Below are positions 25,285-37,967 of a stretch of DNA of 64,000 nucleotides, piece by piece. The position numbers were made by a program, and so were the translations under genes. The stretch lies in assembly GCA_025603075.1 (NCBI GenBank), contig MU626262.1, positions 197,136 through 261,135 of the forward strand. Direction: 5' to 3'. The notes beneath the pieces are model-generated. The model worked only from the letters and a program-made list of their open reading frames with translations. It searched no databases and was not told the origin of the DNA. The DNA is from Neoconidiobolus thromboides FSU 785 (taxonomy: Eukaryota > Fungi > Entomophthoromycota). Positions within the stretch are counted from its first letter, which is position 1. Every line of letters starts with the position of its first letter.

Positions 25285-26069
25285 ATGACATCCATGCCTA
25301 CAACTCAAGACACTGATTTTTTGATCAATTTGATTAGTAACTTACGGGATTGTGGTAGCTATAAAACGTTTTCTTCCAACTTAAAACGGTGTTCTGTAGC
25401 TATTGTATTACGTTTTAATTTTCTTGAAACTATACCCTTACGCGATCTAGGTTCTAATGTAGATATACCAAGCCCCAATAATTTAATCAATCACTTAAAT
25501 CTAATTCAAAGTATGGGATATCAACAAGTGAGAACATTGAGAAAAAGAGATTGGAGGATAGTAAATTTACTGGAGGATGCAAAAAAATATCAATGTCAAT
25601 TAGAGCTGTTGGTGATGCGTAGAAAAACAAATAAAAGAGATAGATGGTCAGGTCATATTTGTTTACCTGGAGGTAAGAAAGATGATTTAACCGATATTTC
25701 AGATTATGATACAGCTACAAGAGAGTTTTTAGAAGAGTGTGGTATGAATTTAAAAAATTCTAAACAGTAAGTTTTAATTTTATAAAATAGATTTAATAGT
25801 CATAATTAACTTCATTTTGTTTATTCTATTTAGTTTTGTTCATTTAGGTGAATTAGATGATCGTTATGTTAAATCAAGATTTGGATTTAAAAATTTAATG
25901 GTATTAAGTCCACAAGTATTTTTACAAGTTCATCGACATGAATTACCGATTCAACCTCAAATTAACGAAGTGGATACTTTAGCTTGGTTACCTGTTAATT
26001 ACTTTTTATCATATTTAAAATTTCCTATGGAATTCAATAATAATCAAGATAAATTTAACTTAATAGCAG

Positions 26070-26108
<39 letters not shown>

Positions 26109-26651
26109 TTTCATCAACAGAGCATATGATTATTGATATAAGTTCTTTTTTAATCCCTACTAATAAGTTCTTATATTTTCCTCAAAAGTTATTAAGATAT
26201 TTGATAGGCAATATGTATTTTAAATGCTTACCTCTCCCCTCCCCTTTAAATGAAAGTAAATTATGGGGTTTAACTTTAACTATAATAAGTGATTTATTAG
26301 ATATGGGCAATAATCCTAAATTAATTACCCATATCTTACCTTTGGATCATCCCTTACCTAAATTCGATTTTAAAGATTTGAATTATTTATTAAATTTATT
26401 TTGTCCAATTCATTCATTAAGGAAGCCAGTGACGAAAAGAGTATCATTGTAAGTGTTTATTATTTAATATATTATTATATCATAATGTCATTCATTTATT
26501 ATTATTATTTAGTGTATGGGAAACTTACTTTCAAACATTCCATTTTTTATTAATTTATCTATTGTTATCTCGTACAACTATGATTTATTTTTTATTTAAA
26601 TATGGGTTACCTTGGATTAAAAAGATCAAATTAAATCTATTAAAAAAATAA
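25285..26651 (+). CDS. Nudix hydrolase (CoA-pyrophosphatase-like subfamily) with a C-terminal hydrophobic segment, 2 introns
   Basis: RRKTNKRDRWSGHICLPGGKKD...ATREFLEECG Nudix box; SKLWGLT motif; poly-Asn (AAT)12 at about 26072-26107. Confidence 0.82.
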
Positions 26652-26745
26652 GAATAAAGCGTATTCTCTTTATTTATTATAAATTATATTCTCTTTTATT
26701 TTATATTTTATATTTTATATTTTATATTTTATTCACTTTATTTTT

Positions 26746-27458
26746 TTAACCAAATAACTTCCAGTCTTTAATTTTAAAACTTTTGATCATATTGAAAAAT
26801 AAAGTATCCTTATTAAGTATACTATTATTATCCAAAATAGGTTGATGAAAACTAATTAATAGATCGGAATCTACCTTTTTTAATCGAAACAAAGCTAAAT
26901 AAAATAACAAATTGATAACATTTCCTCCTCTTTCCTTGATGACTTGATTTCCTTTTAATATATATACTTTACTATCTTGACTATTAAAAATGTCATCAAC
27001 AATTTTCAAAGTATCAAAAATAATAATATAATCAACTTACCTTAGTCCTTGTATTTCATTAGAATCAATTTCTTTAACATCTTCAATTGTAAAACTTTCT
27101 ACTTGATTTAAATCACAAATTTCTTGAAAATGATAACTAAACATTAAGAATTAATATTTCTCTTTAAAAATAATCATATACTTTCAAATAAAAACTTACT
27201 TAACACTTTCTTCATCTTTTACATCTTTAGATAATTCATTAATTTCAATAATTAAACTTCGATTTTCTTCTGTTTGATCTGCAAATACTTCTTGATGATT
27301 TGGTACTTCTCGAAATTGACTATAGGTTATTTGATTTATATTGAATATACAATTTATTGATTTTTATATTATTTGAATCTAATTACTTACCTTAAATCAA
27401 CTAATTGATCGAATATTGACATTTCAATAGCTCCACCAAATAATTTTGTTGATATCAT
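26746..27458 (-). CDS. MOG1: Mog1/RANGRF Ran guanine-nucleotide release factor, multi-exon
   Basis: Spliced translation gives KLFGGAIEM..., FREVPNHQEVFAD, SLIIEINE, ALFRLKKVDSDLLISFHQP and SFKIKDWKLFG*. Confidence 0.85.
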
Positions 27459-27613
27459 AATTTCAGAATAACAAAATAGATTAAAAAAATATCGATTCCC
27501 CACTTTCTTAACTAATACTTTTAACATAATTCAAAAAAAACGAATGCAAAAAACGAATGCAAAAAATCAAATCCATAAATAAACTACTTTAATAAATAAA
27601 GAAAAGTACAATA

Positions 27614-28168
27614 TTAAAATAAAATCACTGAAGCTAAATGATGATTTTCCAACACTTCTAATATAACGTTATTATCAAATCCCATTAATTGAGTAGGTTG
27701 AAAGGGATTTGGATAATTCCCATAACTACGATCAAATAAAGCACCTCGACCAATTGGATTCCCCCATTTCTCTAATACTTTCTCGTATTTACTATCACTA
27801 TTAATCGACTCTTCTTGATACCAGGAACTCATGAGAGTCTCTAAATCTGACATTTCTTGTTTATTTTTATAATTCAAAAATTCAATATTGGCTTTTTGAT
27901 AAACGTTAAAATTAAAATGATTTGGATAATTAATATGAAATATTAATTTTTTAACCTTATGAGTAATACCATCAAATAATAAATCCATACCATAATTAAA
28001 ATAATTAAAAAAATAGTCATTCGGATTAATTATTAAATTATTGTTATACTCTAAAGTAAAATAAATTATATTAATATTATATTATTACTATTATATTATT
28101 ATTAATCTTACCATCATTCATAAATAATTTGTTACTTAAACTTGATGAATAATAATATTCATTTGTCA

Positions 28169-28213
<45 letters not shown>

Positions 28214-30313
28214 TTCTCTTATGAATATCCATTCTATAATCATCTTTATAAAAGATTTTATTAGGATAACCTAAATCCGCTAATATATCTTGTGATAAAT
28301 TATGATTTAATTGAATCCACAATCCATTCATTGGTTTTTCATATATATTAGGTAATATAAATGCTCCAAACTTAGGCTATTTAAAAATATAAAATATTAA
28401 TATATTATATTATATTATATTTCATTAATAAAATATTATACTATTTTCATTATTTTTTATACTTACAATTATTTTAATCCTTGTCAAATGAGAATACATA
28501 AACTCTGGAAGTTCACTTATTACTGGATCTTTACTCTTCACCATTGGATAGGGATAAATAGAAATTCGATGACATAGAGGAGAAGATAAGTTATTATTGT
28601 CTTGATGTTTTATAATTTGTTGAACTAATTGATTTTCATTTAATTGTTGATGGATTTTAAAATGAAATGATAACCCTGGATAACTTAATATGTATTGATC
28701 TTTTTTGTTATTGAAGGTACCAGGGTAAGTAGGACCTAAGATACGATGAACTAGACCAGAAGTTAATTGAGTTTCTTCAGAACTAATAGAATATACAATA
28801 AAGTAATTAATATATTATTCATTACTTATTATTATTTTAAACTTACCTACAAATTTTATTTTGATAACTTAACCTTACCCTAGATAAATCTTGTATTGAT
28901 ATTTCCACCAAGATTTGTAAAGAGGGATCAAAATATAATACAATTCCATTATTACGTAAATTTAATGTAAAATATTGCTTTAAAGGTTCCTAGTTAATAA
29001 TATTTTTAATAAAATATTTATTACTTAATTATTAATTATTAATTATTGTTTTTTATTTATTGCCATTTTTAAAAACTTACTTTATTATCATGTGAAAAAT
29101 CTACACATGGTATAATCATTGAATTATAATTTAAATTAGCAATAACTGAATTTAATGTTTGTCCTATAAAATATTATTTTATTATTTTATTATTATATTA
29201 TGTTTTAATGTTTTAATATTACCTAAATAAAAGGCGCCTAAAGCTTTACCTGCTTTAATTTCCAAATCTAACATACCATTCACTAATTTTAATTTTGTTA
29301 AATGATTATTAACATTTGATGAAAGAGTGGAATTGATATTGAAATTGGCTTTTTTTCTTTCTGAATTATTATTGAAACTATTCTTTTTAATTTCATTATT
29401 ATGCTTTGTTTTTGTAATTTCAATTTCTTTACTTTCATCTTCATCTTCATCTAATACAATGATCTTTTCTTCATCTTCTAATGCAATTTTCTCTTCTTTT
29501 GTATTAACTTCACCTACTTCTTCGCTTAAATTATGTTCATTATTTTCAACTATATTTTCAACTATATCTTCAACTATATCTTCTTCAAATTCAAATCCGT
29601 TAATGTCTTTTACATTTTTAACATCAGCTATTTCTTGTTTTCGAACTGTGTCACTATCATTAATCACTCTAGTTTCAACCCATTTCTTATTTTCTTGTAT
29701 CGGATTGCTTTCCTCTTCAATTTCTTCCACCTTTTCTTTCTTTTGATCTACTTTTTCTAAAACTTCTTCTTTTTTTTCAATTTCTTCCTTCTTTTTTTCT
29801 TCTTTAATTTCAGCTTGGACTTTTTGCTCATTCAATTCTAAATCCTCTTCCATTGTTTCTTCCATTGTTTCTTCCATTTTATTATAATCGTCATCGCTTA
29901 AATTCTTTTCAATAATATGTTTATCTCCTAGTTATAAAAAAATAATTAAAAACAAAATTTGTGTCCTACTAAATAAGTTAAAATTTACTTTTCACTTCCA
30001 TCAACTCGTTTTTAACTTCTTCTACCTCACCATTCATTAGTTCTCGAATGTTATCACTCTCTATCGATACAGGTGATAATGATTTTTCGCTTGATAATAA
30101 AGGTGAATTGGATGCATTACTATTCTTTCCAGTGTTTAAAGAAGATAAAGAGGTGTTGGAATTAGAACTACTATTATTAGCACTAATTTTACTGCTGTTG
30201 ATCGAGGGTGTTGAGGGATTTGAGTTGGAGTTGGAGTTGGAGTTGGAATTAGTATTGATACTAGTATTTTGTTTTTTTGATTTGGATTGTTTATTCTTCT
30301 TTTTAGTGCTCAT
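27614..30313 (-). CDS. PHAF1: PHAF1/C16orf70 (UPF0183) homolog with a long low-complexity N-terminal extension, multi-exon
   Basis: MLDLEIKAGKALGAFYLG, GIVLYFDPSLQILVEI, MDLLFDGITHKVKKLIFHINYPNHFNFNVY and NPF...ILEVLENHHLASVILF match UPF0183. The upstream S/N- and E/K-rich ORFs are in frame via an intron at about 29929-29988. Confidence 0.8.
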
Positions 30314-30611
30314 ATTTTATACTTATTTAAAGTAGAAACAAAATCGATTTATAGTTGTATAAATAGTATAAATAAAATGGGTTGAAATAGATTAAAAGAC
30401 AAAAATTTAAATTTAATGTATTATTTATATTTTTATTCTCATTCTTCCGTTATTTTAATTTCCTAAAAAAAATATTCAAACTGCGACTCAAAACCATACT
30501 GCAAGCTTTAGTCATAAAAAAATTTAAGCTGTATTAATTCAAAAAAATATATCTAACAAATCCAACTTTATTCCAACAATTTAAAAAAATAACAAAAATA
30601 ATATTCAACTT

Positions 30612-31229
30612 CTACACCAACAACAACTTTTCAAACACATTGGAATAACATTTATGAATAAAGATAGCAATAAAAGCAGAAAAATAAGTCCAAACGACCA
30701 AATTAATACCAGCCAAAAATTTAATTAACCAAATTAAATCATAAATCCTATAAACCAATTTACTAATAATTTCTAAATTCTCTTCCATCTCGATTGTTGC
30801 ACTCAAAGAGAAGATATGTTCATTATTTTGAAATAATATTAATGTAGCTAAAAACCAATGAAAACCAATGATAAGATGACTTATTAATAAAAAATTAGCA
30901 TAACTCGAATGACTAACTGGTATCCCCGCTTGATTATATTTAAATCTTGTACGTATCATTATAAATAAAAATAACAAGCCAAAGGTTTGAGTAAGTAAAC
31001 TGATATAAATTATAAAGCCATAAATTAGATAATTATTTGTTATTATGTTTTGTGAATATAATTGATTGTAATTATTACTCAAGATAATCACATTAAATAA
31101 AATTAATAAACTTGTAAATGAGGTAACGATTTGTAAAATGTGGCCATAGACGAGAATCGTTTCAATAACATTTTTATTACTTTTTTGAGTGTTGTTTGTT
31201 GTTGTAAGAGCAGGAGTCATTGTTTCCAT
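30612..31229 (-). CDS. Small 4-TM membrane protein, MARVEL-like topology, function unknown
   Basis: 205-aa ORF with four hydrophobic segments. Confidence 0.55.
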   Translation of the reverse strand: METMTPALTTTNNTQKSNKNVIETILVYGHILQIVTSFTSLLILFNVIILSNNYNQLYSQNIITNNYLIYGFIIYISLLTQTFGLLFLFIMIRTRFKYNQAGIPVSHSSYANFLLISHLIIGFHWFLATLILFQNNEHIFSLSATIEMEENLEIISKLVYRIYDLIWLIKFLAGINLVVWTYFSAFIAIFIHKCYSNVFEKLLLV

Positions 31230-31500
31230 GATAGATAAAAATAGAAGTTGAATATTTTAATAAATTCAAGACCCTTAGTAATTTATTTTCATGTTAAAAT
31301 TACTCCAGAAACTAAAGATAATATCTGGCCAATCAAATAGTATCAAATCATGGCATTTAAAACACCAATCAATTACTGTACTTTTGGTTAAGTTTAGTTT
31401 TAATATTAAGTTACATCAATATTGTAAGATCAGCTTATAATTTAATTTATGAAATTATATAATTTTATAAACATTGTAATTAAAATGTATTGTTACTTTC

Positions 31501-31590
31501 AAACATTATTAACATTACAAAAGTTATTTAATTATTACTATTAAACATTATTAACATTACAAAAGTTATTTAATTATTATTACTAAACAT
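31501..31590. repeat. 42-bp tandem duplication (2 copies plus a partial)
   Basis: AAACATTATTAACATTACAAAAGTTATTTAATTATTACTA(T/C)T repeated. Confidence 0.8.
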
Positions 31591-31839
31591 ATTACAACTC
31601 TTATTAAAATTTAATAGAAATAGTATTAAACCAATTAAACTAATATTATTTATTAATTACATTCCATTCAACATTATTACTATATAATATATAATTTATA
31701 TTATATATAACAGCTAGTATTATTTACCATACTTAATAGTAATCTTTTTTATCATCTGTATCACTTTACTCTTAATTCATTACTATATTATTATTGAAAT
31801 AATATTCTAATATAAATCAATTACATATTCCATTATTCA

Positions 31840-33006
31840 TTAATTAAGTAGTCCAGCTTGTGAATTATTAGTATTAGTATTAGTAGTATGAACACTAGTT
31901 TGAGCTACTGAAACTTTGGTATCGTATTGAGTTACTTGGATACTTTCTTCTTCATCAGAGCTATAGGATATAGTCGATTTACTACGTTTAAGTTTATGTA
32001 AAAAAGGGACCCTTAAATAAGGTATATTTTTAGGTGGTAACTTATCTTGTTTAGACATAGTTGTAATCCCATAAATTAAAACTATAATACCTAATACATT
32101 AGTTAAATGGATCCACCATGGATAAGCATCAAATTGATTAAAATAGATCATCGAATTCGCTAATCCAAAAATATTATATGTACATGCAAACGTAGGTACT
32201 GAAACTACAGAATCAGCATATTTTAAACCTGCATTAAGACAATAGATTTGTAATATAACGCTTAAACCTAGGGCAATTACAATAACAATTGATACAATGT
32301 CGGCTAATGTACTAGCATCTTTAAATGAAGCTACAATTAATTTGATACCACTTTTAGCTAAGATTAAAGTCTCAGAAGCAAAGATACCACCTAAAGCAGA
32401 GATTGAAATACCCAAAATACGCGTCAACTTTAATGTATCAAATCTATAAAATAAATATGATTGTTTTAAATCTTTTCCTTTTTCCAAAAATAACTTAGTA
32501 TAAATTCCCAGACCAAATAAACATAAACAAACAAAATTTAAACAAGCAAAATAAATTTTAAATTCTAATCGAGATAATAATTCTCTCAATGTAAATAAGG
32601 TTAAATTGGCTTCAATATCTTCTTGAGGACCAAAGAAAGCACCCAATAATACAATAATTAAGATAGCTAATAAAATCAAGGTAGTTCCAAACAAATCCAC
32701 TTTAGTTATATTAGTACCCACTAACACTCTAGCAAATATAAAATTGAAAACTAAAGACAAAGCACCTAATGGAGCTAGCCATTGTGCTTTTAAAAAATTC
32801 AATGCTACCGTATTTCCAATGGCTTGTGAACCACAATAAACATATAGGCCTAAATGCCAATTTAATCGACAACAATCATGTCTAGGCTTCACTGCTACTG
32901 AGTTTTGTAAATGATCTCTCTTTTGAATATTTAAACCTAAGGCATCTAAACAGGAAGCTAATAAAGATACAACTACACCAATAAATATTTTTAAAGGTTC
33001 ATCCAT
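31840..33006 (-). CDS. NIPA-family (DMT superfamily) Mg2+ transporter-like protein
   Basis: ALGLNIQKRDH, WHLGL, LAPLGALSLVFNFIFA, DLFGTTLI, LQIYCLNAGLKY..VSVP motifs; probable start MDEPL at 33006. Confidence 0.8.
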   Translation of the reverse strand: MDEPLKIFIGVVVSLLASCLDALGLNIQKRDHLQNSVAVKPRHDCCRLNWHLGLYVYCGSQAIGNTVALNFLKAQWLAPLGALSLVFNFIFARVLVGTNITKVDLFGTTLILLAILIIVLLGAFFGPQEDIEANLTLFTLRELLSRLEFKIYFACLNFVCLCLFGLGIYTKLFLEKGKDLKQSYLFYRFDTLKLTRILGISISALGGIFASETLILAKSGIKLIVASFKDASTLADIVSIVIVIALGLSVILQIYCLNAGLKYADSVVSVPTFACTYNIFGLANSMIYFNQFDAYPWWIHLTNVLGIIVLIYGITTMSKQDKLPPKNIPYLRVPFLHKLKRSKSTISYSSDEEESIQVTQYDTKVSVAQTSVHTTNTNTNNSQAGLLN

Positions 33007-34826
33007 TTTTTTCTTGATATTAAGTGTGAAGTGAGATAAACTCAAAGTTAGTAAAAGTGGTTGAAATAAAACAAGAGGAAACAAGGAATAAAATATAGAA
33101 ATCAAAAGCCCACTTTTAAGTCCTGAAGTTTCTATTAAAAAAATTTAAGAAAATCTTAAAGTGATCTTTTTGTTATTTATACTTTAACTACCACTATTGA
33201 TTCTATTGATTGGTTAGGTTATTACTACTAAATTTAGAGTGATATAAAGGTAAAAATTTCAATCATGTTCTATAGAATTATAGATCAGCCTTTAAATTAT
33301 TCTTAGGAAAGCCAATCATGGGTTCAAATTTTGTAAATTTATTGAAATTGCTTGGCTAAAAATAGATACTGTTCTAATTTTAATAAATCTTCTACTCTCT
33401 TACTAAAGTTGCTTTAATAACATTATCAGTTATTGACTATTTTTACAATACTAATCATTGATTATTTTAATAACGTTTAATTTATTATCATTTCTATTGG
33501 AATATAGCATAATAATGATGTTAGTTTGAGTTATTGACTCTACGATTGGAATTCTTATTTGATGCTTTAAAGTATTTTAATAATTAAAATAGGAAGTCTT
33601 GGCATCAATATTATGTTAGTTAATACTTGGTCGAATTAATTCAAGCTTATTCTAATTACTAGTAATATTCGGTGGAAATATAATATACAAATATAATATT
33701 TTACTTTTCTGTCTTTGAAATATATTAAAATAATAATTATGGCTTTTATTAAATTAATAAAAGGCATTGGAAGTTCTATAGATACAATTTGAGTTCCATT
33801 AGTTAAAAAACATAATAATAAACTTAATGTAACAATAATAACAAGAATGACTACCAAGAAAAATCTCGCTTCAAATACTAATAGTCAAGAGAACTAAGTC
33901 TTCTAATAAATATAATAAGATAAATCCGATTGCTATTTTTTTGCTTGATATAATATCGCCAATATTTCTAAGGAAATTCTGGATTTAATTAAGTCAAAAT
34001 CAAAATTGATGTGATATAACGGATATCTAATTTAAATTGAAGTGTTAAAATTCAAACAGATTAAATTAAGTTTAAAAATAATTAATTTTCAGTTATTTTA
34101 AAACTAATCAGTCTTGTTATCAACATTTTCTTATAATTTCTATTTAATAGTGGTGTTAATAAGAACTAGAATAAATAGCAACATCATATTACATATTAAG
34201 ACAATATGTTATATAAACTCTTTTAATCTTATAAATTCAAGTCTTTTACATAAATAAACATTTATATTGATTTTGACTAAATTTATTAAAGTTACATCAT
34301 TTAATTGACTAAATTTGTCCTGGCAACTTATTAGATTTGTAGTTAACGAGCTTTCTCTTTTAAAATTTTCAATAAGTACCCCATCAGTGGTTTTTGTTAC
34401 CAGCATAAAAAATTACAAAATTAGCGAAATGAACTTTCTCTTCTTTAAATAACTTGGGATAGAGTTATAATTAGAATTCGATTATCTTAATGATTTAAAC
34501 AGTTCTTTAGGACGGTGATTTAAGTATGTCAACCTAGTCAACATACTGAATTTAGGAACATTGAGAATGCACTGAATATTTATTTAATATTATATAAATG
34601 CCATCGCTTGAGATAATCTATAATAGCAAAGTTTCAAAAAAACCACAGTAAATATCAAAACAAACCACAATAAACATAAAAAAACCAAAATCCGAATATT
34701 AAAAATAACAACAAAATAAAGATATGTGTGTATGTTTAAAATTTATAATTTAAAATAAATTTAATCTCAAATCTTTATAAATTAACAAAGAAATTGAACT
34801 ATTACTTCATCAAAGTTTGAGTACTA

Positions 34827-35761
34827 TTAACAACATTTGCCTTCTTTTTTTGTTTCACTTTCAGTAGGACCAATTTTGATAGCTTCAGTTTTAGTACCTG
34901 GATTTAATGTATCTACATTTCCTTGTAATGTTTTACTAGCTACTCCTCGATAAATTTCTATATAATTTTTAACATTAATTTAGCTATTTTTTTAGATTTA
35001 AAATCAGCTACTAACCTGTTAAAATTTCTTTAAATGCAACATCAACATTGGTTGCATCAAGTGCCGAAGTTTCAATAAAACTTAATCCATTTTCGCCTAT
35101 TTATCAAAAAATAATAAACTACTTATTTTTAGTTTAAAAAAATAATTGCTTACTTGCATATTGTTTTCCTTCTTCAGCAGAAACAGAACGAAGGTGACGA
35201 AGATCACATTTGTTACCAACCAATAAAATGACAATATTTGGTTCTGCATGATCGCGAAGTTCCTTTAACCAACGTGTTACGTTTTCAAAAGTAGTATGTT
35301 TAGTAACATCATAAACTAGTAATGCTCCAACTGCACCACGATAATAGCTAATAATTAAATCAACATTTGTTTATTCTTATTTTAAAAGTCATAAAAATTT
35401 AAAGACTTACGCACTGGTAATAGCACGATAACGTTCTTGTCCAGCTATAAGAATAAAAAGTTAAATATTTATTTAGTTCATCTATTGTTATTTGATTACC
35501 AGTATCCCAAATTTGTGCTTTTATTGATTTTCCTTCTACTTGAATATTTCTAGTAGCAAATTCGACACCGATGGTTGATTTTGATTCGAGATTAAACTCA
35601 TCTCTAGTAAATCGAGACAATAGATTGGATTTACCAACGGAAGAATCTCCAATTAAAACAACTAAACAAAAGGAGCCGATATTAAGTTATACTCTTTTTA
35701 AAAAAAATTAACTATTAAACTTACCCTTAAAAAGATAATCATATTCGTCGTCTTTACTCAT
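34827..35761 (-). CDS. YPT31: Rab11/Ypt31 GTPase, 4-5 introns
   Basis: [64 protein letters not shown]-terminal KCC*. Confidence 0.93.
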
Positions 35762-36999
35762 TATATATAGCTAGTTACTTAATTAAAATGATGAGTTATT
35801 TTTTTTATCTTATTTTTTACGTTAATCCTTGTTGCTTAGATTTTTATGGAACTATTACAATGGTCCAATAATCAACGTCTGATTACTTTATTATCAATAT
35901 TATTCGTTTAATTTATCCACCTAATTTATTTTTTTAGCTTTTTTGATTCATTGCCCAATCAATTTAATTTCCTAAATTATGACATTTATTTTTCAATAAT
36001 TTTTAATTAATTACTATTAACTGTATAGCAATTGTCATTTAGTTTATAAATTTATTTTTTTATAAAGGGTAAGGCTATTATGATCAACTATCTATAGCTA
36101 TATTAATGACATTTGTATTTCTTCTATCAAAATGTTAGTAATGTAGTGTGTATTATTCCTTAAAACTATGTTTTTTTATAAATTGTTGAAAAAGTTTAAT
36201 AAATTAAAGAATTTATGTATGAATGGTATTGGTTACTTAGTTAAAATAGGAAGTTACAATCCTTTTTAATTAAAGTTCTTTTAAATATACAAGTAATTTA
36301 TTGCAAAAATGTATTGAAAAATTAATATTTTGTTTATTTTTTGTGATACAAAAATACTACTATAATAAATAATATTAAAAATTTATACCAATATGATTTT
36401 TCTTTACAGCTTGGCTTCTATATGTTATACTCTACTGCTTAATAATTAGTTTAGTATTATTTAAGCTTTATTTTAAATGTAGTGATATTAATCAAATATA
36501 CATTAACAAATGTATTCGACTATAAACTAATAGAAAGTAATGCTTCTTATTATATAAACAAAATGTAGCGTTTTTGATAATTTTTGGCTGTACAGAGCAA
36601 TTTTTATTTTTCCAATTCTATTTTTTTAAAACAGTATAAAGCTTTTGGAATCTTTTTGCTGAAAAATCAGTTGAAAGAGGACTTTAATAAGAATCCGTTT
36701 TTGGAGTATTTGTACTGAAAAAATAGAATTGAGTTTTAGAAAGAGTTTTATTTTTATAATTAACCCAGTTCACAGTTTAAGTATTTGACTAAATAAAATA
36801 ATACTAATAATTACCTCATAATTTTTAGCCACCCAAGCCACTTAAATGATTATTTTTTTGTGCCTTTTTGGAAAATGTAAAACCTTGAACAAAAATTGAA
36901 ATGGAATTAATTGTACAAGCATAAATTCTAAGCAAGAGGGGTGACTAAAAAAGTTTGCTTGAAAAAAATATTAATCTTTTGTACTATTTAACTTTTAGA

Positions 37000-37729
37000 A
37001 TGAAGATCCTATCAATTTCAATTACTCGTAATGATAATAAACCAGCTATCAATTTAGCTTCCGTATCCAATTTATCAAGTTTTGGTTTTTTTGAACGTTC
37101 TAGGTAAGTAATTAAGTTTTCTAAAACAAACTGTTTAATTCTTTTTAATTTAGCGTTCAAGAATTTATCAATTTCTTTTCAATTACAATTTCTGAAAGAA
37201 CACCATCAGGGCAACGCCAAACTGTTGAACAAGATGGTAAACATTATTTTGATTTTAATTAAAATTGAAATTAAAATCTAAAAGGCATGTTTGGTCATGT
37301 ACATTCAAGACCAGAAGGTATTTCTATAATGATCATTTCAGATGCAGAATACCCTTCAAGGGTAGCATTTACTTTGATCTCTAAAATTGGTGAAGAGTTT
37401 ATTTCCCAAGTACCAAAAACAAATTGGAAAGCTAATGTTGGCTTTGCTCCATTACAAGAATATTTGGTTACTTATCAAGATCCTCATAAAGCCGATCCTA
37501 TTATGAAAGTACAAAAAGAGTTGGATGATACTAGAATTATTATGGTAAATTATCATTACCATTTATTGTTTATTTATTTGATTTTTTATAGCATAAAACT
37601 ATTGAGTCTGTATTAGAAAGAGGAGAAAAACTAGATAACCTTGTTAACCGTTCAGAGCAGCTTTCTTCTCACTCTAAACTGTTTTATAAATCAGCCAAGT
37701 CTACAAATTCATGTTGTAGAATTATGTAA
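37000..37729 (+). CDS. YKT6: Ykt6 longin R-SNARE, 3 introns
   Basis: [48 protein letters not shown]-terminal SCCRIM* (CCAAX). Confidence 0.93.
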
Positions 37730-37967
37730 TTTAGTCAATAACTGAATTAATAAATTAATAAATTTTTAATTATAAGAATACCATTTTTAACTAATAGACA
37801 ATCTTAATTTATTATAGAAGTGATAGAAAGAAAATAGTTGTGATTTGGCAATATGTGAGTAAGGATTTAGTGTAATGGTGAATGATTGGTATTTTACAGA
37901 AACTGAAAACTAGCATCATAATAAAAGCTAACTTATTTTACAGATAAAATATTAAAATTGAATACAA

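Noticed and set aside
13970-26651. PARP plus Nudix as an ADP-ribosylation writer/eraser system
   Set aside because: They are 9 kb apart with an unrelated gene between them, and the Nudix motifs fit the CoA-pyrophosphatase-like group rather than ADP-ribose pyrophosphatase
26072-28208. (AAT)n poly-Asn tracts in the Nudix and PHAF1 genes
   Set aside because: Ordinary slippage microsatellites in an AT-rich genome
33100-34500. Possible decayed ORFs here and at 20800-21300, 49760-50150 and 61880-62280
   Set aside because: Some frames look coding-like with many stops, but I recognised no motif or second copy, so they cannot be supported without a search
34827-37729. Rab11 and Ykt6 head-to-head as a trafficking gene cluster
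   Set aside because: They are 1.2 kb apart with no shared element identified; adjacency of housekeeping genes is common in compact fungal genomes
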